A DNA stretch of 32,000 nucleotides, from the NCBI GenBank assembly GCA_002713205.1, contig PAVW01000020.1, forward strand, positions 9,349 through 41,348. Reading direction: 5' to 3'. Both the position numbers and the translations under genes were made by a program. Below are positions 18,510 through 25,565 of the stretch, piece by piece. The notes under the pieces are model-generated. The model did not search any database, was not told where the DNA came from, and worked only from the letters and a program-made list of their open reading frames with translations. The number at the start of each line of letters is the position of its first letter. The stretch's first letter is position 1. Origin of the DNA: Nitrososphaerota archaeon (lineage in GTDB: Archaea > Thermoproteota > Nitrososphaeria > Nitrososphaerales > UBA57).

Positions 18510-20909
18510 TTAACCACAACTAGAATATGAACAGGATAAACATTTACTACATCCTTCGCTGTGTATTAATGAATTTTCACCGCACATTTCACATTGTTTT
18601 TTTACATTTATTTTTTCTTCCGTTTTTGAAATATTGACTTTTACTTCTTGTTCATTATTTATGACTTCTACTTGTTCATTATGTATAGTATCTGCAAGTG
18701 CATGAGCAACAGCGTCAGGCACCGATCTTATAGGAATGCTATTGCCTTTGGTTTGATGCCATGAGATATTCTTAGTTTGTATACCTCTCATTGTTTTGAT
18801 AATTGATGAAACATCAATATTTGATTGCAGAGCAATTGAAATCAGGCGACCCATTCCTTCATAGGCTGCTTTTTCTTCATCTACTGATTTTCCTCTCTCG
18901 ATAAAAACTTCACGAGGAACTCCATTTTCATCTTTATTAATCGTTATAAAGAGCCCACTATTGTTATATGTGAAACGATAAGTCCTTCCTATCAAATATT
19001 CTGGACGGATATATCCTCCTGATAAAATATGAGCCCCTTCTGCATTCTTGCTTTCTCTTAGATTCTTTGTTTTTTCTGTTTCTAAAACCTGTAAATCTAA
19101 ACAACCATCTCGATATACTGTAATTCCTTTACAATGTGTATTATAAGCTAAATTGTATGCTTTGTTAACATCTTCTACCGTTGCTTCATTGGGCAAATTA
19201 ATCGTTTTACTTACTCCGTCATCAACAAATTCTTGAAAAGCTGATTGCATTAAAACATGTTTTTCACCACTCAAATCAGATGCTATTGGAAACATGTCCT
19301 TGACGGTCTGAGGAATCCATGTAATGTCTTGTATACTTCCTCCATTTTTCGAAATTTCTAGAATCTTTTCTTTATCTAATGTTATTCCTTTTTCAGATAA
19401 TACCTCTTTAAAAAATTCATTTAAATGATGTAATTCTTCAAATTCTTCACTCCTCTCTTTTATCCTTGAATGTCTTACATACACCAATGCAAAATGTGGT
19501 TCTATTCCTGGTGAACAACTAGCTATGGTGCCAATTGAACCTGTTGGAGCTATTATTGTACAATTTACATTTCTAACTCTCTTTTGTGTTTTTGCAAAAT
19601 CACTTTTATCCCAATAAGGAAATGTCCCTCTTTTCTCTGCAAGATCTTCTGACATTTTCCATGCAACTTCTGAGATGAATTTCATTAGATTTCTTGCGAA
19701 TTGGTATGATTTTTCTGTTCCATATTTTATTCCTATTTTACTTAACAAATCAGCAAATCCCATTACACCTAAACCTAGTCTTCTCATGTTATGAGACATT
19801 TCTTTTATCTCGTTTGTGGGATATTTATTCACTGAAACAACATTATCCAGAAAATGAATTGTGTCTCTGACACTTTCTCTTAGTTTATTCCAGTCTATAT
19901 CATCATTCGTTGCATTAATAAATTTCACAACATTAATTGATCCGAGATTACAACTCTCATTTGGTAGAAGAGGTACTTCACCACATGGATTTGTAGATTC
20001 AATTGTAAAATGTTCTCGCACAGGATTTGATAAACTATTATTTATTTTATCAATAAATATTAAACCTGGGTCTGCACATTCCCATGCATATTGAATTATT
20101 TTTTCCCATAGTTCTTTCGCCTTTATTCTTTTAGGATTGCCTCCACATAATTTACACACGTCAAAAATATTTTTATCATTAAGAAAAATATTCTTTCCAC
20201 AATCTTCACATTTTAATACTTCATTTCCAGTTCTTGGATTAATAAATTTATGATTTTCATCATTTCGCAGTTCACTCATAAATTGTTCAGTAATTGCAAC
20301 CGATATGTTGAATTCTTTCATAATTTTTGCCTGTTCATCTAAATTCATATTATTTCTTTTCATTTCAATGAATTCAATTATATCTGGGTGTTCTATACTT
20401 AGAATTCCCATATTCGCACCTCTGCGTTTTCCTCCTTGTTTAATTACTTGTGTACATTTATCAAATAATTGCATAAATGATACTGGTCCTGATGCTACTG
20501 ATCCCGTAGATCCGACTTGATCTCCTTCAGGCCTTAATTTACTAAATGAAAATCCTGTTCCGCCACCTGTTTTTTGAACAATAGCTTGTGTTTTTACTGC
20601 TTCTAGTATTGAACTTGTATTATCTTCGACCGGTAGTACAAAACACGCTGATAATTGCCCTAAAGTTGCGCCTGCATTCATGAGTGTGGGTGAATTTGGT
20701 AAAAATTCAAAATTTTTCATTAATTTATAAAATTTTTCCTCTGACTCTACTATATTGAAATCATTATATTCATTATCTGCAATAGCAACTGTTTTAGCTA
20801 CTCTTCTAAACATTTGATCAGGTGTTTCTTGCTTTCCATCTTGTTTTATTAGATATCTTGCTTTCAACACTTTCATTACATTTTCGGATAAAGTTTCTGC
20901 AATTTCCAT
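18510..20909 (-). CDS. nrdJ: Class II (adenosylcobalamin-dependent) ribonucleotide reductase
   Basis: 799 aa. Active-site finger loop ESTNPCGEVPLLPNESCNLGSINV. N-terminal LKARYL...ETPDQMFRRVA. Internal CxxC...CxxC insert (CEDCGKN...CKLCGG). Cys-rich C-terminal tail (CEMCGEN...CSKCLSCSYSSCG) as used for re-reduction. Confidence 0.9.
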   Translation of the reverse strand: MEIAETLSENVMKVLKARYLIKQDGKQETPDQMFRRVAKTVAIADNEYNDFNIVESEEKFYKLMKNFEFLPNSPTLMNAGATLGQLSACFVLPVEDNTSSILEAVKTQAIVQKTGGGTGFSFSKLRPEGDQVGSTGSVASGPVSFMQLFDKCTQVIKQGGKRRGANMGILSIEHPDIIEFIEMKRNNMNLDEQAKIMKEFNISVAITEQFMSELRNDENHKFINPRTGNEVLKCEDCGKNIFLNDKNIFDVCKLCGGNPKRIKAKELWEKIIQYAWECADPGLIFIDKINNSLSNPVREHFTIESTNPCGEVPLLPNESCNLGSINVVKFINATNDDIDWNKLRESVRDTIHFLDNVVSVNKYPTNEIKEMSHNMRRLGLGVMGFADLLSKIGIKYGTEKSYQFARNLMKFISEVAWKMSEDLAEKRGTFPYWDKSDFAKTQKRVRNVNCTIIAPTGSIGTIASCSPGIEPHFALVYVRHSRIKERSEEFEELHHLNEFFKEVLSEKGITLDKEKILEISKNGGSIQDITWIPQTVKDMFPIASDLSGEKHVLMQSAFQEFVDDGVSKTINLPNEATVEDVNKAYNLAYNTHCKGITVYRDGCLDLQVLETEKTKNLRESKNAEGAHILSGGYIRPEYLIGRTYRFTYNNSGLFITINKDENGVPREVFIERGKSVDEEKAAYEGMGRLISIALQSNIDVSSIIKTMRGIQTKNISWHQTKGNSIPIRSVPDAVAHALADTIHNEQVEVINNEQEVKVNISKTEEKINVKKQCEMCGENSLIHSEGCSKCLSCSYSSCG

Positions 20910-21206
20910 AATTAATTCACTATAACTAACTATTATACGAACCAGTAATATTTGTACATTTATTATTTTTTACCGGATTAAACTCAATCATAAAAAAACT
21001 AGACATAATTTATTATAGCTAAATTTGTATATGATTGTTAAATTGAAAAAAAATTGACTAAATTCAATTTGTTAAAAATATATTTTATCTTTATTGGATT
21101 AAATCAAGGATTAAAATCAAAAAAAAACCTTATATCTGGTTTTTTATAAAATTGTTCTACAATTACGTCTGTCAAATGTTTGTGACTAATTTATTGAAAC
21201 CTATTT

Positions 21207-23291
21207 TTATTTGTGCGGGTATTCTATTAGAGATGTGGAATTACATTCAATACATTTTTCTGCGGAATGTACATTTTTCTTCGCACATGAAATGCATACT
21301 TTCATTTTGTGATAAAATTTAAAGAATGGTATTCTTTTCCCGGTTTTTTTTGCGATTTCAATAATATTTTTTGCATTTAAATCAGTCACGTTTATTGACA
21401 CTGAAAATCCTCCTTTGTACCTTTCTATGAATGTTCCAATATTATCTATTGTATCTGTCTCACTTGGATTTATAATAATTGATTGTGAATATGAATTGTC
21501 TTGATTTTCTGTCTTTACTCGCGCCTTGCCAAATTTATCTGTGTCAAGAAGAGCAAATCTCATACTTGATCCATCTGAAATTGTGGAAATCCCATATTCT
21601 TCGCCTAATTCTTTGCTTGCCGAAGCAATTTCTTCGTTTGCTGTATCTAAAATCTTTGAAATAAGTTTAGCTTTTTCTTTTCCTGTAGCTTTTGAATCGG
21701 TTAGTATATCTATTGATTCATTTAATCCTGTAAAGTTAATAATTAAAGGAATTTTTTGATTGGAAATAATTCCACTATTCATACGTAATAATGGCAAAAG
21801 ATCTTTTCCTACCATGTCGTCTATGATTTCTCTCCTTGTTGAAAGTGCTGAAATAGCTATTTTTAATATGAGATTCACTTTTGCTCTGAAATATATATCG
21901 TCTCTATTTGATTCATATGCTAATCGCGGTAAATTTATTGATAGTGAATGCAGTGCTATTCCCCCTCCGGCTTGTTTTTTATTATTTATTGATTTACTAA
22001 TTCCTAATAAACTGAAACAAGTTTTTTCATTACTGTTTATTGCTATATATCCTCCATTTTTTATAACTGGAATAATTTTATTCAGTATATCATTATCTGA
22101 TTTCTTCCAATCCACCGCTATAATTAAACCCACTTTTGGAATTGCAGTTGATTTGATATATTCAAAATATGATTCTAATATTACTTTATTTATTTTTGTT
22201 ATTTTTTTACCATCATTTTTATAATTCTTTGATATTGATAAATCTAAACTAATAAATGGTCCGTCAACTTCTGCTACAACTTGAGAAATCATTTTTATCA
22301 TTTGCGTAAGATTATCTTTTATATCCGCCATTGATTGATTGTCAGTGTATTTTAGTATGTAATCTAAAAAATTATTATAAATAATTTCTGAATTTATTTC
22401 TTTTTTTAATTCTGATGTTAACAAAACTATGTTTGCTAATGCGTCATTTAGTTTATTTGGCATTATTATTTTTACTGAATTTAGTAATTTTCCTTGTAAT
22501 TGTATGCCTTGTGCAGGTAATGAATTTAAATCTATGAATACATTATCTGGTTTTAATCCCCAAGCGCCCAAGTTTGAAATATGTATGTCTCCTGATAAAT
22601 GTGCATCTGTAATATCTCTCGTTAATTGATTTAATAATAAATATTCAGAAAAAACTGCTTTTGAAGTTTGAGAGATTACTGAATCCACACCATTGGTGCT
22701 TCTAGAAAATTGATTTAATAATTTTGTTACATCATATATTGGTAAACCTATTCTAGTTAATTTATGTCGATATTCTTCTAAACCATTTTCAATTAAGAGA
22801 CCATTTACTATTTCTCGGATTAAAGGAGCCGTTAAGTAGCTTGTTTGAAATTTATATAATCGTGTTTCTGCTTCACTGGTCATTTTCTGCGCTAAATCTA
22901 CAGGCATGCCTGCTTCGTTAACTAATGATTGTAGTATTCTATCAGGTTTGAATTCTTCCATCATTTCTCTTGACGTTCTGACATAGATCTTTCCACTTTC
23001 TATGACACTTTGCTCTTCAATTTGCCTTGTAAGATTCAAAATTAATCTGCCTAAATTTGTAACAGTATAGCGCCTTTCTGCTCTATTTAGAGTAACAAGC
23101 AGCTGCCGTACCAGTTTTCGAAGATGATATGCAAATTTACCTGATTCTTTTTTTGATTTAAAACCTGCAAGTGTCTTTAATTCTGAATAACTCAAAGGAC
23201 CCTTTGAATTAAGAATTCGTAAAATATCTAACCTGTTTGCCGATGCTATTACTGAGTAAATTGTTCTTACTCTTTTCGACGTGGCTTGCAT
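21207..23291 (-). CDS. Fusion protein: ArsR-like winged-helix DNA-binding domain + ATP-cone + class III RNR (NrdD)-like body with C-terminal Zn ribbon; glycyl-radical motif apparently absent
   Basis: Numbering from ATG at 23291 (694 aa). wHTH about aa 9-90 (NRLDILRILNSKGPLSYSELKTLAGF...FAYHLRKLVRQLLV...RYTVTNLGR). ATP-cone about aa 101-182 (KIYVRTSREMMEEFKPDRILQSLVNEAG...LTAPLIREIVNGLLIENGLEEYRHKL). NrdD-like blocks: AHLSGDIHISNLG, TCFSLLG, GGGIALHSLSINLPRLA, INFTGLNESI, SSMRFALLDTDKFG. Zn site CISC...CIEC is followed by only 11 residues (NSTSLIEYPHK). The track's start at 23354 is a TTG inside a repeated intergenic element and is rejected. Confidence 0.7.
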   Translation of the reverse strand: MQATSKRVRTIYSVIASANRLDILRILNSKGPLSYSELKTLAGFKSKKESGKFAYHLRKLVRQLLVTLNRAERRYTVTNLGRLILNLTRQIEEQSVIESGKIYVRTSREMMEEFKPDRILQSLVNEAGMPVDLAQKMTSEAETRLYKFQTSYLTAPLIREIVNGLLIENGLEEYRHKLTRIGLPIYDVTKLLNQFSRSTNGVDSVISQTSKAVFSEYLLLNQLTRDITDAHLSGDIHISNLGAWGLKPDNVFIDLNSLPAQGIQLQGKLLNSVKIIMPNKLNDALANIVLLTSELKKEINSEIIYNNFLDYILKYTDNQSMADIKDNLTQMIKMISQVVAEVDGPFISLDLSISKNYKNDGKKITKINKVILESYFEYIKSTAIPKVGLIIAVDWKKSDNDILNKIIPVIKNGGYIAINSNEKTCFSLLGISKSINNKKQAGGGIALHSLSINLPRLAYESNRDDIYFRAKVNLILKIAISALSTRREIIDDMVGKDLLPLLRMNSGIISNQKIPLIINFTGLNESIDILTDSKATGKEKAKLISKILDTANEEIASASKELGEEYGISTISDGSSMRFALLDTDKFGKARVKTENQDNSYSQSIIINPSETDTIDNIGTFIERYKGGFSVSINVTDLNAKNIIEIAKKTGKRIPFFKFYHKMKVCISCAKKNVHSAEKCIECNSTSLIEYPHK

Positions 23292-23340
23292 CTCTATTTT
23301 TATATATAAAAAAAAACATTTAAAGGTTAAGTAAAGTTGA

Positions 23341-23393
23341 CCATTTTTTGACAAAATTCTATTTTTGTACTAAAAACTGACCAAATTACTTAT
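23341..23393. repeat. Direct repeat copy 1 (53 bp) upstream of the wHTH/ATP-cone/NrdD-like gene
   Basis: ccattttttgacaaaattctatttttgtactaaaaactgaccaaattacttat. The last 31 bp are identical to copy 2 and the first 22 bp show about 6 mismatches. Confidence 0.85.
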
Positions 23394-23433
23394 CCCAGAT
23401 AAACTGTAACTCATTTTTTCATTACTATTTATT

Positions 23434-23486
23434 GCTTTTTTTGACTAAATTGCAGTTTTGTACTAAAAACTGACCAAATTACTTAT
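23434..23486. repeat. Direct repeat copy 2 (53 bp), 93 bp from copy 1
   Basis: gctttttttgactaaattgcagttttgtactaaaaactgaccaaattacttat. Shares the perfect 31-bp core ttttgtactaaaaactgaccaaattacttat with copy 1. Confidence 0.85.
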
Positions 23487-23541
23487 TTTAAATATTAAGG
23501 AATTAATTTATCTTCAAATCGAAAAATAATCATTATAGTGC

Positions 23542-23617
23542 GGGGCGGTAGTCTAGTCTGGTCTAAGATGTTAGCTTTGGGAGCTAATGATCGAGAGTTC
23601 GAATCTCTCTCGCCCCA
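23542..23617 (+). tRNA. tRNA-Pro (anticodon UGG), no intron, CCA not encoded
   Basis: Manual fold. Acceptor GGGGCGG/TCGCCCC (one G-U). D stem GTCT/AGAT. Anticodon stem TTAGC/GCTAA, loop TT-TGG-GA. Variable TGATC. T arm GAGAG-TTCGAAT-CTCTC. Discriminator A. Confidence 0.9.
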
Positions 23618-23636
23618 TTCTTTTCTATAACAATAA

Positions 23637-25085
23637 TCAAATAACAATTAATTTAATTGGTATTGATATAGTTATTGGTTCATTTCTTGCACTTATCATC
23701 AAAGTATATTCTCCTTTGTTTAATTTTTTATCAGTATCGATAATCACGTTTATGTATTTTTCTCCACTGATGGTTTTTCCATCATGATCAAATTCAACAG
23801 TTATATTCTGCAGTTTTCCATTATTTGAAAAAGTTCCTGATGCACTGAAATCAATATTTCTTGTTCCTTTAGTTTCTACTTTTAACATAAAGTTCGATTT
23901 TGAATTCGGTTGTATTTGAATTTCTCTTGTTGATGATTCTATGGAAAATGGTATCTCTTTTGATGAATTTAGAAACGCAATTTTACTTTCAGTCCATTCT
24001 GTAAACCAAATATTATCATTTTTATCTACATCGAACTGAAGTGAATTGGATATATTTCCCCAGTTTTTGTTTCTTGTTGGAATATCATATTCAATTAATA
24101 TTGCTTTTTCCATATCAAATTTTGCAATTGTATTTGCTTGGTGAACATTAAACCACATATTGCCTTTAGAATCGAATTTATTCCAATATGGTAATGTAGT
24201 CGAGAATTGTGATGTACTTAATGATGTGGAAAATTTTGTAAATGTATTATTTTTAAGATCGAATAATACAAATTGACTTGAACCATGGTCAGTTATCCAT
24301 ATCATCTCATTTTTAATTGCTATACCGACTGGAGATGTAATTTCTTTCGGCAATTCAAAAATTTTAAATTCATTTGTTTCTTCCATGAAGCTTATTACTT
24401 TGCCTTCTACAGGCCAAGTAAGAATTGTAAACCATATTTTATCGTTTGAATCTATAGATATTCCTCCTAACAAATCAAGTTTTATCGGCGGTTCAATTTC
24501 TTTAATTCCTTTACTTGTATTCATTAATATTTCATTAATATCCAATTTTGCTATTTTATTTCCAAAAATTTCTGCCACCCAAATATTATTATTGTTATCA
24601 TTGATTATTTGGACTGGATAACTTCCTTTCGTTGGAATTATAAAATTACTAAAACTTTTTTCCTCTTTATTGAATTTCCATATCATATTGTTTTTATGGT
24701 CAGTAAACCACAGATCTTCTTTAATAGATATTAAACTCCATGATTCTACTCCCTTAACACTTTTTGTTTTTATTACGAATTCTGTAAAAATTTCAGATTT
24801 TGGATCAAAAGAAACTAATTTGCTAAAGTTGTTTTCAATAAACCATATTGTATTTTGCTCATCTACAGTGATAGCTATTGGTGCTGAACAAGGTTGTGGA
24901 ATTATATATTCTGTAATGTATTCATTTTTGTTTGGTTTCCTTATGTTACAAGAATCATCTTTATTGTTGAAATCTGACATGTCGTATTCATTTTGTATTA
25001 AATATCCTAATGTTAATCCTAATGTTAGAGAAATTAACAATATTATAGTGACAAATTTGATATTCTTTTTAATAATTACTTTCAA
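23637..25085 (-). CDS. N-terminally anchored extracellular beta-propeller repeat protein (Vgb/COG4257-like blades) with C-terminal Ig-like domain
   Basis: 482 aa. N-terminal TM (FVTIILLISLTLGLTLGYLI). About seven roughly 40-45-aa repeats each ending in an aromatic W-F/I-T/A motif (TIWFIE, DLWFTDH, NIWVAE, KIWFTI, MIWITDH, NMWFNV, NIWFTEW), followed by a roughly 100-aa beta-rich tail. Family assignment is by repeat pattern only. Confidence 0.6.
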   Translation of the reverse strand: MKVIIKKNIKFVTIILLISLTLGLTLGYLIQNEYDMSDFNNKDDSCNIRKPNKNEYITEYIIPQPCSAPIAITVDEQNTIWFIENNFSKLVSFDPKSEIFTEFVIKTKSVKGVESWSLISIKEDLWFTDHKNNMIWKFNKEEKSFSNFIIPTKGSYPVQIINDNNNNIWVAEIFGNKIAKLDINEILMNTSKGIKEIEPPIKLDLLGGISIDSNDKIWFTILTWPVEGKVISFMEETNEFKIFELPKEITSPVGIAIKNEMIWITDHGSSQFVLFDLKNNTFTKFSTSLSTSQFSTTLPYWNKFDSKGNMWFNVHQANTIAKFDMEKAILIEYDIPTRNKNWGNISNSLQFDVDKNDNIWFTEWTESKIAFLNSSKEIPFSIESSTREIQIQPNSKSNFMLKVETKGTRNIDFSASGTFSNNGKLQNITVEFDHDGKTISGEKYINVIIDTDKKLNKGEYTLMISARNEPITISIPIKLIVI

Positions 25086-25161
25086 TTTCTATTTCTATTA
25101 TTAAGTTGTTTATTATATAGAATCTTTAATTTATTATAATATATTCAATTTATCTTATAAA

Positions 25162-25282
25162 GCGGGGGTAGCCAAGCCAGGTCAAAGGCGCTGGACTTAA
25201 GATCTTTCTCAATTTTGAGAAACAGCAAAAATTGGATATCCCGTCTCTCAGGAGTTCGTGGGTTCAAATCCCACCCCCCGCA
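25162..25282 (+). tRNA. tRNA-Leu (anticodon UAA) with an intron of about 36 nt in the anticodon loop (approx. 25202..25237)
   Basis: Acceptor GCGGGGG/CCCCCGC, discriminator A. D arm GCC-AAGCCAGGTCAAA-GGC. Anticodon stem CTGGA, loop CT-TAA-G then intron. Exon 2 is A-TCCCG. Long variable arm T-CTC-TCAG-GAG-TTC (14 nt, Leu-type). T arm GTGGG-TTCAAAT-CCCAC. Mature length 85 nt. The junction is ambiguous by up to 3 nt (gatc / atc repeat). The anticodon stem carries one U-C mismatch. Confidence 0.8.
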
Positions 25283-25327
25283 CTACCAATCGAAAAACTA
25301 ATACATTCGTAAATTCTATTATCTACC

Positions 25328-25531
25328 ATGACAGAGAATTTCAAACAGAGATTAGATTCTGATCTCGTTTTTCGATTAATAGGATTCATTTTAATTTTGA
25401 TTGGGATGCTTTTAGCTTTATATACTTCTGACACTTCGACACTTGCTTCTCAGATAGTTCCTATCTATTATTTTATATCCGTTTCCCTTATCGCTGCAGG
25501 TTTTTTAGGTTTGATTTCTGTTCTTAAATAA
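25328..25531 (+). CDS. Small two-TM membrane protein, hypothetical
   Basis: 67-aa ORF with ATG start and two hydrophobic helices (LIGFILILIGMLLALY; YYFISVSLIAAGFLGLISVL). No homology evidence. Confidence 0.4.
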   Translation: MTENFKQRLDSDLVFRLIGFILILIGMLLALYTSDTSTLASQIVPIYYFISVSLIAAGFLGLISVLK

Positions 25532-25565
25532 ATTATATAACTTCATTATAGTTATTTATAATATA

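Noticed and set aside
23292-23354. N-terminal 21-codon extension of the regulator ORF (track start at 23354, MSKNGQLYLTFKCFFLYIKIE...)
   Set aside because: It starts at a TTG inside direct-repeat copy 1 and runs through TATA-like AT-rich sequence. The ATG at 23291 (MQATSKRVRT...) directly precedes the wHTH, and a TTTAAA box lies about 27-30 nt upstream.
23355-23541. Integrated element or att site next to tRNA-Pro
   Set aside because: The repeats do not match the tRNA 3' end, and no integrase or phage-like genes flank the tRNA.
23587-23787. 66-aa plus-strand ORF starting inside tRNA-Pro
   Set aside because: It overlaps the tRNA 3' half and is antisense to the 3' end of the propeller gene.
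25205-25222. Alternative splicing model for tRNA-Leu: excise only the 18-nt perfect hairpin to give a perfect TCCAG anticodon-stem strand
   Set aside because: It leaves a 32-nt variable region, the junctions do not fall in a bulge-helix-bulge, and no second BHB intron could be found to repair it.
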